Origin: Desulfovibrionaceae bacterium | GTDB taxonomy: Bacteria > Desulfobacterota > Desulfovibrionia > Desulfovibrionales > Desulfovibrionaceae | Length of the DNA: 64,000 nt | Direction of reading: 5' to 3' | Assembly: GCA_031551515.1 (NCBI GenBank) | Contig: JAVBNL010000023.1 | Coordinates: 23,048 to 87,047 of the forward strand | Part shown: one piece after another, positions 1-12,014 of the stretch | How the letters are laid out: each line of letters begins with the position of its first letter | Numbering within the stretch: position 1 is the stretch's first letter | Position numbers and translations under genes: made by a program | Notes under the pieces: generated by a model | Database searches by the model: none | Told to the model about the DNA's origin: nothing | What the model saw: the letters and a program-made list of their open reading frames with translations, nothing else

Positions 1-1
1 C

Positions 2-2920
<2,919 letters not shown>

Positions 2921-2987
2921 AGGCAACCTCTGCGCGCACGGCGCGCGTTCCGGGCGGCTGTCAACCGCCGGATTGGAGAAACTCTGT

Positions 2988-5900
2988 ATGAAAAAGTTAC
3001 TGCAAGCCGCCATTTTGGGCACCATTGCATTTTTGCTCTGCGGATTTTTCACCGCGGAGCAGGCATCATGGGGCCCTTTGCCCGGCATCCTGGCGGCCGC
3101 GTTTTTGGCGGCGCTTGCAACCGGCGGTTTTTTCTTTTTCCAGAATAAAAAACTGAAACGCGAAATAAACGCGCTCTCTGCCCATACGGAAGCGCTTGAG
3201 ACGCGCAACGCCACGCTCAAAACGATAGTTGTCGCCAGCCCGGATATTATTTTTGTCAAGGACTTGCAGGGAACATTCATAGAGTGCAGCGAAAAATTCG
3301 CGGAGTGGGTCAATGTGCCGCGCCATGAAATAATCGGCCAGAATGACGAAACCCTGTTCGGCCTCAGCACGGACATCTACAAGGCGTATCTGGAGGCCGA
3401 TCTGGAAGTCGCCAACTCGCGCCGGCCGAAAAAGATCGAAGAAAGCATCTATTCGCCGCATTTCGGAATATCAAGACTGTTTGAAACCGCAAAGGTTCCG
3501 TTGCTGAAAGGCGACGAGGTTATCGGCGTCATGGGCTTCTCTCGGGATATTACGGAGAGAGTCGCCACGCGCAAGACCCTGGAAAACATCCTGGACGGCA
3601 TGGATGCCTACCTCTACGTTTCAGACGCGGAAACCGACGATATTCTGTTTATCAATCAAAAAATGGCCGCCCACTTCGGGCTGCCGGAAGACCACATCGG
3701 ACAGAAATGCTGGAAGCTTTTGCAATCGGGCTTTTCCGAACGCTGTTCATTCTGCCCTATGCACAAACTCTCCGCCGCCCCTGATGAGGTCATCGTCTGG
3801 GAAGAGCACAATACGGTGACCGGCCGGATATACAAAAACACCGATTGCCTGATCGAATGGACGGACGGCAAAAGAGCCCACCTGCAGCACTCCGTGGATA
3901 TTACCGAGCTGAAGCAGCGCCTTGCGCAGCAAGAATTCATGAGCGCCATGTCGCAGAATTTCATCTCCAACGACGATATCAAGCCGCTGGTGGAAAAGGC
4001 GCTGCAAATGACAGGGCAATTCACCGATGTTTCGCGCATCCGCATCGCCGTTCCGGACTTCGAGTCCGGCAAATTTCAGTTCCCCTTTGAATGGCTGCAT
4101 CCTGATCAGCCGAAGACGCCGCCCGTCTCTTTGATCAGCGAAATTTTGGGACCGGCCGGCCTTGCCGGTCTGTTCACCGGATCAAGCGAGATCTGCCTGG
4201 CGGTGGAAGACACCTCGGCCGACGCGCGGTTTTCCTCTCTTGCGAAGAGCGGAATCAGGGCCCTTCTTTGGGTGCCGCTCTATATCGACGAAGAACTGCG
4301 CGGCGTGCTCAGCTTTGAAGATTGCCGGGAAGCGCGCGCCTGGACGGAAAGCGAAAAACAACTGTTCCGGCTTGTGGGCAACGTGATCGCGGGCGCCATC
4401 AACCGCAGCCACACCGAAGAAGATTTGCTGCGCATGTCCGCCATCGTCGACAGTTCGCCACATTTTATTTGCTACCTGCGGGCGGACGGTTCGCTGGCTT
4501 ACGCCAACGAAGGCGTGTCCAAGATGTCCGGGTATTCGCATGAGGAAATCATGCGGGAAGGCATCAAGCTGCTCTGCGATCACAAAACCATGCGGTACAT
4601 ACGGCGTAAAATGATGCCGAAGGTGCTGGCGGAAAAACGCATCGAATTTACCGTGCCCCTGACGCGCAAGGACGGCCGGGTGCGCATGCTCAAGATCTCC
4701 GGCTTTACCATCGGGGGAGAGGAAAAAGGCCTTGGGGCCATCGGCCAGGACGTCACGGCGCAGATGGAGCTGGAACGGGCCTTGCTTGAGGCCAAAGAGC
4801 AGGCTGAACTGTCCAGCCGCGCCAAGGGGGATTTCCTTTCGCGCATGAGCCATGAAATGCGCACGCCCATGAACGCGATCATCGGCATGACCAGCATCGG
4901 CAAAGCTTCCGGCGAGCTGGAACGCAAGGACTATTGCCTTGATAAAATCGACGGCGCATCCAAACACCTGCTTGGCGTCATCAACGACGTGCTCGACATG
5001 AGCAAGATCGAAGCCGGAAAATTCGAACTCTTCCACGCCGAATTTCAATTTGAACGGATGCTGCAGAAAATCGTGGACGTAATCAGCTTTCGCGTTGATG
5101 AAAAAAAGCAGCACCTTACTGTACACGTAGACAAAAAAATCCCGTGGTCCATCGTTTCCGATGAACAGCACCTGGCCCAGGTGATAACAAACCTGCTCTC
5201 CAACGCGGTGAAATTCACGGCGGATCACGGAACGGTATCACTCGCCGCCGATCTCGTGAAAGAACAAGGCGATAGCTGCGTGCTGCGCATCACGATTACG
5301 GATACCGGCATCGGCATTTCCGAGGAACAGCAAAAGCGGTTGTTCAACTCTTTCGAGCAGGCGGACGGGGGCATCTCCCGGCGGTTCGGCGGCACCGGGC
5401 TGGGGCTTGTCATCTCCAAGAACATCGTGGAGTTGATGGGCGGGGAAATATGGGTTGAGTCGGAAGAAGGCCAGGGTTCTTCATTCATTTTCACGGTGCA
5501 AGTCCAAAAAGGCACGCTGACGCCGAAAAGAATGACGCATACCGGTATCGACTGGGAAGCGTTGCGCATTTTGGCTGTCGACGACGCCGGGGATGTTCTG
5601 GAATATTTCCGCAATTTGAGCGAACTGACCGGCTTTCGTTGCGACACGGCGAAAGGCGGCATGCAGGCCCTTGAGCTGTTCGCGGCCGGGAAACAATATG
5701 ACATCGTTTTTGTCGACTGGAAGATGCCCGGAATGGACGGCATCGAACTGGCCGGGCGGATTAAACAGCTCTTCGGCGAGCATACCGTTGTCGTGATGAT
5801 CTCGGCGTTCGAATGGAGCCAGATAGAATCCGCCGCGTCCCTTGCCGGAGTCAAACGCTTCATACCCAAACCGTTGTTCAGTTCCGCGATAGTCGACTGC

Positions 5901-6371
5901 ATTACCGAATGCGCCGGCGGACGCGCATGCGAGGAGGCCTCCGCAGGCTCGGCCGCGAACAACCGGTATGCGGAAAAAACAGTGCTGCTCGCGGAAGATG
6001 TCGACATCAACCGCGAAATCGTGATCACCATGCTGGCCGATACCGGCGTCACCATCGAATGCGCGGAAAACGGCCGCCAAGCGTTCCATATGTTCCAAAA
6101 CGCGCCCGGCCGCTACGATCTGATTTTGATGGATATCCATATGCCCGAAGTGGACGGGCTGGAAGCCACACGCATGATCCGCGCCCTGGAAACGCCGGAA
6201 GCCCGTTCAGTGCCGATCATAGCCATGACGGCCAATGTGTTCCGCGAAGATGTGGAACGCTGCCTTAAAGCCGGAATGGACAATCATGTGGGGAAACCGA
6301 TCGACATCACAGAAGTGCAAAAAAAGATGGACCTGTATTTGCGCCCCGAAAGCATCCTGAAAACGGCATGA
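2988..6371 (+). CDS. Membrane-anchored hybrid sensor histidine kinase (TM - PAS - GAF - PAS - HisKA - HATPase - two receiver domains)
   Basis: ATG at 2988 lies 8 nt after GGAG; the ORF-track TTG at 2973 is less likely. There are N-terminal hydrophobic segments. The H-box is SHEMRTPMNAIIG and the HATPase motif is GGTGLGLVISK. Two REC-like blocks are present (ILAVDDAGD...FVDWKMPGMDG and VLLAEDVDINREI...LILMDIHMPEVDG). Confidence 0.9.
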   Translation: MKKLLQAAILGTIAFLLCGFFTAEQASWGPLPGILAAAFLAALATGGFFFFQNKKLKREINALSAHTEALETRNATLKTIVVASPDIIFVKDLQGTFIECSEKFAEWVNVPRHEIIGQNDETLFGLSTDIYKAYLEADLEVANSRRPKKIEESIYSPHFGISRLFETAKVPLLKGDEVIGVMGFSRDITERVATRKTLENILDGMDAYLYVSDAETDDILFINQKMAAHFGLPEDHIGQKCWKLLQSGFSERCSFCPMHKLSAAPDEVIVWEEHNTVTGRIYKNTDCLIEWTDGKRAHLQHSVDITELKQRLAQQEFMSAMSQNFISNDDIKPLVEKALQMTGQFTDVSRIRIAVPDFESGKFQFPFEWLHPDQPKTPPVSLISEILGPAGLAGLFTGSSEICLAVEDTSADARFSSLAKSGIRALLWVPLYIDEELRGVLSFEDCREARAWTESEKQLFRLVGNVIAGAINRSHTEEDLLRMSAIVDSSPHFICYLRADGSLAYANEGVSKMSGYSHEEIMREGIKLLCDHKTMRYIRRKMMPKVLAEKRIEFTVPLTRKDGRVRMLKISGFTIGGEEKGLGAIGQDVTAQMELERALLEAKEQAELSSRAKGDFLSRMSHEMRTPMNAIIGMTSIGKASGELERKDYCLDKIDGASKHLLGVINDVLDMSKIEAGKFELFHAEFQFERMLQKIVDVISFRVDEKKQHLTVHVDKKIPWSIVSDEQHLAQVITNLLSNAVKFTADHGTVSLAADLVKEQGDSCVLRITITDTGIGISEEQQKRLFNSFEQADGGISRRFGGTGLGLVISKNIVELMGGEIWVESEEGQGSSFIFTVQVQKGTLTPKRMTHTGIDWEALRILAVDDAGDVLEYFRNLSELTGFRCDTAKGGMQALELFAAGKQYDIVFVDWKMPGMDGIELAGRIKQLFGEHTVVVMISAFEWSQIESAASLAGVKRFIPKPLFSSAIVDCITECAGGRACEEASAGSAANNRYAEKTVLLAEDVDINREIVITMLADTGVTIECAENGRQAFHMFQNAPGRYDLILMDIHMPEVDGLEATRMIRALETPEARSVPIIAMTANVFREDVERCLKAGMDNHVGKPIDITEVQKKMDLYLRPESILKTA

Positions 6372-6535
6372 ACACCCCCCGGCGCACCCGCCGGCCAGGC
6401 GCGGTCGCAGCCGACGCCACCCGGCGCGTAAACGCCTGGTAGGCAAGCCCCCCACTCCGCGCTGGACGGAATTTTAAAAATCTATATACGCAGAGCTGTG
6501 GGCAGTGCCCGCAACACATTTTACCGGAGAATATC

Positions 6536-6991
6536 ATGTCCAAATTACTTCGCGTTCTGGGTTTCTGCTGCATATTGGCTCTGGCCGCCACCTTCGTCGC
6601 CACCCCCGTTCTGGCTGATCCCCCTCCCGGCAAAGGCTGGAAGAAAGACGACTACAAAGGCAAGAAAAAGAACAAGGATGACGACAAGCGCGACCATCGG
6701 CGTGACGACCGCCGCGACGACAAGCGCCATGCCGACAAACGCGACGACCGCCGCCATGACGGCAAACGCGATGACAGACGCGATGACAGACGTGATGACA
6801 GACGTGACCACAAACGCGACGACCGCCGTGACGGCAAGCGCGATGACAGACGCGATGACAGACGCGACCATCGTTATGACGGCAAGCGCGACGACCGCCG
6901 TGGCGACAAACGCGACGACGGCAACCGCGCTATCCTGGAAAAGTACAGCGAAAAACGCGGCCTCAATCAACGGCCCGCTCAGCGCCCGTAA
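6536..6991 (+). CDS. Secreted low-complexity protein built from about 20 tandem (K/R)RD(D/H/G) tetrapeptide units
   Basis: RBS GGAG lies upstream. The signal peptide is MSKLLRVLGFCCILALAATFVATPVLA|DPPP. A 12-nt periodic coding repeat spans about 6670-6920. A rho-independent terminator follows directly. Confidence 0.6.
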   Translation: MSKLLRVLGFCCILALAATFVATPVLADPPPGKGWKKDDYKGKKKNKDDDKRDHRRDDRRDDKRHADKRDDRRHDGKRDDRRDDRRDDRRDHKRDDRRDGKRDDRRDDRRDHRYDGKRDDRRGDKRDDGNRAILEKYSEKRGLNQRPAQRP

Positions 6992-7008
6992 CCTTCCATT
7001 TAAAAAAA

Positions 7009-7045
7009 AGAAAGGCTCTGCAATATAGCGGAGCCTTTCTTTTTT
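7009..7045 (+). terminator. Rho-independent terminator after the repeat-protein gene
   Basis: 10-bp stem: agaaaggctc (7009-7018) pairs with gagcctttct (7031-7040). It runs into a T-tract at 7039-7045. Confidence 0.7.
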
Positions 7046-7052
7046 GGGGAGC

Positions 7053-7742
7053 ATGGTCTACCGTGGCGCGTACGCCATGAAAAAAATAACCGCTCCCGCG
7101 CGCCCGCGCCTTCTCTTCGCCAAAACGCCGCCCGGCAAGGCTGCTCAGGCCGCCATGGCCTCTGGTTATCGCATGCCTTCGCTGATGGCCGAAAAAACGC
7201 CGGGAAACGCCGTCGACGCGGCGGTTCTCGTGCTGCTCAGCCCGCCGGCCGAAGCAAAAACACGGCAAAACCTGCTGGAATGGAACGTGCTGCTCATCCG
7301 CAGGAACGAATACCCCGGCGTTCATTCCGGGCAGATATCTTTCCCCGGCGGCAAGCGCGAAAAGGCGGATGCGGGCCTGTGGGAAACCGCCTGCCGCGAG
7401 GCTTTCGAAGAAATCGGCGTAAACCCGGCGCAGTTGGAAAAAGCCGGACCGCTAACCAGCTTGTATGTGCCGCCCAGTAACTTTCTGATCCATCCTTTTG
7501 TCGCCGCCGCGCATCTGGACGCCATACGGCCCGACCCCAGAGAAGTCGTCGACTATAAAGAAATCGCCATAAAAGCTTTTGACCCCGTGAAAGCTGTCTG
7601 CATGGACTTTGCCGACGCGAGCGGCGCCCTTAAAGCCGCCCCGGCATGGCTGCATGAAGAGTACGTCATCTGGGGGGCGACGGCCATGATTCTGGCGGAA
7701 CTCTACCGTTGCGTCGCCGACGGCGCGCTGGTCATCACCTAA
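7053..7742 (+). CDS. NUDIX hydrolase (CoA pyrophosphatase-like)
   Basis: Nudix box GGKREKADAGLWETACREAFEEIGV. The start is uncertain (ATG 7053 or 7077). Confidence 0.8.
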   Translation: MVYRGAYAMKKITAPARPRLLFAKTPPGKAAQAAMASGYRMPSLMAEKTPGNAVDAAVLVLLSPPAEAKTRQNLLEWNVLLIRRNEYPGVHSGQISFPGGKREKADAGLWETACREAFEEIGVNPAQLEKAGPLTSLYVPPSNFLIHPFVAAAHLDAIRPDPREVVDYKEIAIKAFDPVKAVCMDFADASGALKAAPAWLHEEYVIWGATAMILAELYRCVADGALVIT

Positions 7743-7918
7743 CGCCATATCGGGGCAACCGCCGTATTTACATCGCCCCGGTATCCCATGGCTTCGGGCT
7801 ATATTCTTGAGCGCCGTTGTTTTTTTCGCACCCGCCCGGATGCGCGCCATCCCGCCGCCGCCCTTTTCCTTTTGCTGAATACCGTACTAAATCATTTCAC
7901 CGCAGCACGGCGGCGAAC

Positions 7919-7945
7919 TTGACAATTGATATATATATTTATACT
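7919..7945 (+). promoter_or_regulatory. Candidate sigma-70 promoter for tctCBA-gntR
   Basis: TTGACA (7919-7924), a 15-nt AT-rich spacer, then TATACT (7940-7945). The spacer is shorter than optimal. Confidence 0.4.
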
Positions 7946-7949
7946 AATT
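7924..7949. promoter_or_regulatory. 26-nt AT-rich operator-like element, copy 1 (aattgatatatatatttatactaatt)
   Basis: About 21/26 identical to a second copy at 15383-15408. Both lie in promoter regions flanking the locus that encodes the HutC-type GntR regulator. Confidence 0.45.
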
Positions 7950-8058
7950 ATTCACGTTCGCTAAGCATTATCGTTTAAATCTCTATAGCCGACCCGCGGG
8001 TGGGGCATTTCCGCAGAACCTTTCCATCACCCGGATATCTACCCTCAAGGAGATCGTT

Positions 8059-9030
8059 ATGAAAAAATGCATTGCCTTGTTGTGGACCCTCAGTCTGTCG
8101 CTGACGATATTGGCGTATTCTGGCCATGCCGCGCAGGAGTATCCAACCCGGGCGGTCACCGCGTATATTCCGCTGGGTGCGGGCGACACCTCGGACATTT
8201 TTATCCGCACCATCACCCCATATATGGAAAAATTCCTCGGCCAATCTTTCGTTCTGGTGAACAAACCCGGCGCCGGCGGCGCCACGGCCATTTCGGCCCT
8301 GCAGACGGCCAAGCCGGACGGCTACACCATGTCCTGGGCCAATCTGCCCACCCTGGTAATTCTGCCGCAGATGCGCAAACTGGTTTATGACGCCAAGGCC
8401 TTTTCCTACATCGCAACGCCCATGGAGTTTGAATATATTCTCTTTGTGGCCAAGGATTCGCCCATAAATTCTCTCAAAGATCTCATTGCGGCTGCCCGCA
8501 AGACACCGGATAGCGTCCTTTACGCTGTGCCGGGCCTTGGCTCCACAAATCACCTCGGCGTGGCCTGGCTTGCGCACAAGGAAAAAATCCAGATGCGCGC
8601 CGTGCCCTTTGACGGCAATCCCAAGGCCATCTCCGCCGTGATCGGCAATTCGGCCACGGCGGTGAACACGTCTACGACCGCCGCTGTTTCCGCCTATAAA
8701 GCCGGACAAATCAAACCCTTGGCCGTGATGAGCGGCGACCGTATCCCTCTTGTGCCGAACACGCCCACGCTGAAAGAACTGGGCTATAATTTTTCGCAAT
8801 ACTCCTGTCTCGGGGCCGTGTTCCCCCCCGGCACCCCCGAACCCATACGCAAACGCATGGAAGACGCCATTCGCTATGCGGTTGAACAGCCCGAAGTACA
8901 AAAACAGGTCGCGGAAACCCTGTTCGCGAAAATCGTCTTCCGCCCGGGCAAAGAATACAAAGCGCTTTGCGATTCCTACTGGAAAATCTGGGGCGAGGTC
9001 CTGGATATGGTCGACCTGAGAGCAAAATAG
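8059..9030 (+). CDS. tctC: Tripartite tricarboxylate transporter (TTT) substrate-binding protein, TctC/Bug family
   Basis: RBS AAGGAG, signal peptide, and a Bug-family N-terminus (YPTRAVTAYIPLGAGDTSDIF...LVNKPGAGGATA). Confidence 0.9.
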   Translation: MKKCIALLWTLSLSLTILAYSGHAAQEYPTRAVTAYIPLGAGDTSDIFIRTITPYMEKFLGQSFVLVNKPGAGGATAISALQTAKPDGYTMSWANLPTLVILPQMRKLVYDAKAFSYIATPMEFEYILFVAKDSPINSLKDLIAAARKTPDSVLYAVPGLGSTNHLGVAWLAHKEKIQMRAVPFDGNPKAISAVIGNSATAVNTSTTAAVSAYKAGQIKPLAVMSGDRIPLVPNTPTLKELGYNFSQYSCLGAVFPPGTPEPIRKRMEDAIRYAVEQPEVQKQVAETLFAKIVFRPGKEYKALCDSYWKIWGEVLDMVDLRAK

Positions 9031-9044
9031 CCCGCGGAGGCACT

Positions 9045-9530
9045 ATGCGCACTCTGCACAGAGACTTTTTCGCCGTTGCGGTCCTGGCCGTCGTCGTTCT
9101 TATCAACCAGTTTTACCTCGTCCCCAAGGAGGTGTTGGCCCACGGCACCTCCAGCACATACCCGCAGATGCTCAACGGTCTGCTGGCCGTGTTCACGGTG
9201 TGCTATTTCGTCGAGGCGTTGCGCCAGCGAAAGCGGGGGGCGGACGGCAAAGCGCTGATCCAGGTCAATATCGCGGCCATGGCCAAGCCGGTCAGTCTGC
9301 TGGCCTGTATCTGGCTGTGGGTGGAGGGTGCGCATTACGCGGGTTTTCTCGTACCCACGGCTCTGCTTCTGGTTTCCGCAAGCCTGCTTTACGGCGAACG
9401 GTCCCCCGGCAAAATAGCGGCCCTTTCGCTGATCGCGCCCCTTGCCATTTTCCTCTTTTTCGCGGCGCTCAATTCGGCCCTGCCCGACGGGCCGCTGGAC
9501 ATCTGGCTGCTGACGATGCTGAAGGGATAA
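9045..9530 (+). CDS. tctB: TTT small membrane subunit, TctB family
   Basis: About 160 aa with four hydrophobic segments, positioned between tctC and tctA. I chose the internal ATG at 9045 (MRTLHRDFF). Confidence 0.75.
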   Translation: MRTLHRDFFAVAVLAVVVLINQFYLVPKEVLAHGTSSTYPQMLNGLLAVFTVCYFVEALRQRKRGADGKALIQVNIAAMAKPVSLLACIWLWVEGAHYAGFLVPTALLLVSASLLYGERSPGKIAALSLIAPLAIFLFFAALNSALPDGPLDIWLLTMLKG

Positions 9531-9533
9531 TGT

Positions 9534-11087
9534 ATGATGGATATTATATATAACCTTTGGCAAGGCGCGCTGTTTGCCGTCACCCCGGCCAACATCGCGG
9601 GATGTCTTTTCGGCTATTTCATCGGCCTTGTGGCCGGCGCCATACCGGGCATCATGGGCGTCACGGCCATGGCCCTGATGCTGCCCTTCACCTTCACCAT
9701 GAACCCCATGTTCGCCATTTCCGCCATGATGGGCTGTTACAAGGGCGCCTGCTTCGCGGGCTCCGTCACAGCCACGCTCTTCAACATACCGGGCACGCCG
9801 GAAGCAGCGGCCACGGTTTTAGACAGTTACCCCATGGGCCAGAGGGGTGAACAGGCAAGAGCCCTGGAACTGGCCCTTTGGGCTTCACTCATCGGCGGCA
9901 TGGTCAGCAATTTTCTGCTGATCTTCACCGCCCCCCCCCTGGCCAAGATCGCTGTGCGCGTCGGCCCGCCCGAAACGGCCGCCCTCATACTTTTTTCACT
10001 CACGGCGGTCATCAGCCTGATGGGCACATCGCGCATAGACATATGGAAAGGCCTCATTTCCGTGGTCATCGGCCTTTCTTTGGCCATGGTCGGCCTTGAC
10101 CCCATGACATCCACCAGACGCTACGGTTTCGGCCTGACAGAGCTTGACAGCGGCATCACCTTTGTTGTCGCCGTCATTTCTTTTCTGGCCTTTGTGGAAA
10201 TTCTGGAACAGGTGGGCAAAACCAACAGGGTCAGGGCCGGGCAGGATCTGGAACGCAAACAGCAACTGCCCTACCCCTGGGATCAGCGCTGGGCTGATTT
10301 GAAGTTCTGCGCCAAGGATTTGACCCGTTCTTCCCTTCTTGGATCCTTTTTTGGGGCCATGCCCGGCATCGGGGCGGCTCCGGCCGCCTTTGTCTGCTAC
10401 GGCGAGGCCAAACGCGCCGCCGGAGACGGCGGCATGTTCGGCCGGGGTGACCCCAGGGGGATTGCCGCCCCGGAATCGGGCAACAACGCCGTTGCGGCTT
10501 CATCCCTTATTCCGCTGATCACCCTCGGCGTTCCGGGCAGCGTCGCGGCCGCCGTGCTTGGCGGAACGTTCATGGTCCACGGCATGATACCCGGCCCCAT
10601 GCTCATGCACGACCACCCCCAGGTCATATACGGCCTTTTCGTCCTGTTCATCGTCACAGACCTTTTGGGCGCCTTCTTTGTGGCGCTGCCCTTTTTGCAC
10701 ATCGTCCGGAAAATGTTTCTGGGCCTGAACCTCAACTTGCTTTTTCCGGCGGTCATCGTGTGTTGCGCCGTCGGGGTGTATACTGAAGAATTCGACCTTT
10801 TCGCGGTCAAGCTGCTGGTCATTCTGGGCGGGTTCGGTTTTGTGCTGCACAAATTGGGCTTCAGCCTCTCCGCTCTGGTGCTGGCCTTTATTCTGGGCCC
10901 CATACTTGAGCGCGAAACACGCACCGCCCTGCTTATGTCCGGCGGCAGTTTCTCCATTTTTTTCACCAGCCCGGCGGCCTGCATTCTGCTGGTTCTCTCC
11001 GCATTGGCGCTCGTCTGGTCGCTATGGCAAAAAATCAAGGCTGAAAGAGGAGGAAAGGCCAGCGTTATGCTTGAAGAAATGGAGTAA
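9534..11087 (+). CDS. tctA: TTT large permease, TctA family
   Basis: 517-aa polytopic protein with a TctA-like N-terminus (GCLFGYFIGLVAGAIPGIMGVTAMALMLPFTF). Confidence 0.9.
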   Translation: MMDIIYNLWQGALFAVTPANIAGCLFGYFIGLVAGAIPGIMGVTAMALMLPFTFTMNPMFAISAMMGCYKGACFAGSVTATLFNIPGTPEAAATVLDSYPMGQRGEQARALELALWASLIGGMVSNFLLIFTAPPLAKIAVRVGPPETAALILFSLTAVISLMGTSRIDIWKGLISVVIGLSLAMVGLDPMTSTRRYGFGLTELDSGITFVVAVISFLAFVEILEQVGKTNRVRAGQDLERKQQLPYPWDQRWADLKFCAKDLTRSSLLGSFFGAMPGIGAAPAAFVCYGEAKRAAGDGGMFGRGDPRGIAAPESGNNAVAASSLIPLITLGVPGSVAAAVLGGTFMVHGMIPGPMLMHDHPQVIYGLFVLFIVTDLLGAFFVALPFLHIVRKMFLGLNLNLLFPAVIVCCAVGVYTEEFDLFAVKLLVILGGFGFVLHKLGFSLSALVLAFILGPILERETRTALLMSGGSFSIFFTSPAACILLVLSALALVWSLWQKIKAERGGKASVMLEEME

Positions 11088-11156
11088 TAATTGCCTTTCA
11101 GGCAGGATGACTGTATGGCTCGGGTGTTTGACCTTTAGCGCGCACCGGAGTTTCAC

Positions 11157-11927
11157 ATGGACGCGATCAGGCAATTTTTTGCCGAACAAAGCCGGCTTTT
11201 GCCCAATGCCGCGCACATGCCTTCGTACAAGGTGCTGGAACTTGTCATCACGGCGGGCATAGACCGGGGGCTGTGGAAAGCCGGCGACGCCCTCTTGCCC
11301 GAGCGCAAGCTGGCCGAGCTTTGCCAGCTAAGCGTGGGCACGGTGAAAAGGGCCATGCTTGAGCTTGTCCATCAAGGCAAACTCTATCGCCGCCAGGGCA
11401 GCGGCACCTATGTGGCCGGCCCTTCGTTCACCCGGCAGAACCGCCGCTATTACCTTTTTTTACGTGACTTCGGCGCGGAAGCCTCACCCAACGCCGTGAC
11501 CCTGCATTCCGTCAACCGCGTTCCCGCCGCCCCGGAAATGGCCGCTCATCTGCAACTCTCCGCCGGCGAAGAATTGTTTGAGGTCGTGCGCCTGTTCGCC
11601 GAAGACGGTGCGGCCTGCGTGCTCGGCCGTTCTTATTTCTCCGCTTCCCGCTTCGCCCGCCTTGACGCCGTTCCCCGCAAGCGTTTTGAAAACGTGCCTC
11701 TTTTTCTTATCCTTGAAGACGACTACAACGTGTCTTCAGGCAAAGCGGATGAACTTTTCGGGGTGGCGGCCGCGCGCGAAGAGGATGCGGAGCTTCTTGC
11801 CGTGCCCGTGGGCGCGCCGCTTCTTTTGATCCAATCCCTTGTCTACACAAGCGGCGGCCAACCCTTTGAATACCGCCGCAGCCTTTGCCGCACGGACAAA
11901 AAATACATCTACCGCTCCATGGGCTGA
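11157..11927 (+). CDS. GntR-family transcriptional regulator, HutC subfamily (wHTH + UTRA-like effector domain)
   Basis: LPERKLAELCQLSVGTVKRAMLELVHQGKLYRRQGSGTYV, followed by a C-terminal domain of about 170 aa. Confidence 0.85.
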   Translation: MDAIRQFFAEQSRLLPNAAHMPSYKVLELVITAGIDRGLWKAGDALLPERKLAELCQLSVGTVKRAMLELVHQGKLYRRQGSGTYVAGPSFTRQNRRYYLFLRDFGAEASPNAVTLHSVNRVPAAPEMAAHLQLSAGEELFEVVRLFAEDGAACVLGRSYFSASRFARLDAVPRKRFENVPLFLILEDDYNVSSGKADELFGVAAAREEDAELLAVPVGAPLLLIQSLVYTSGGQPFEYRRSLCRTDKKYIYRSMG

Positions 11928-11957
11928 AGCGCCGGGATGTCTTCCTTCACATAAAAA

Positions 11958-11988
11958 GCCGCCGGGGGGAATTTTTCTCCCCGGCGGC
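11958..11988 (-). terminator. GC-rich hairpin terminator downstream of the oxidoreductase operon
   Basis: gccgccgggg (11958-11967) pairs with ccccggcggc (11979-11988). A T-run follows on the minus strand (plus-strand A-run 11953-11957). Confidence 0.5.
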
Positions 11989-12014
11989 ATGTCAGAAATG
12001 GCGCTCTTGTTTTT

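Noticed and set aside
6498-7054. Alternative ORFs over the 12-nt repeat region (+ frame 6498-7028 giving T/A/M-rich protein; - strand 6545-7054)
   Set aside because: These are open only because of the repeat periodicity. They lack a signal peptide with a good RBS, and they read through the terminator hairpin. The 6536-6991 frame has an RBS, a signal peptide and a stop just before the terminator.
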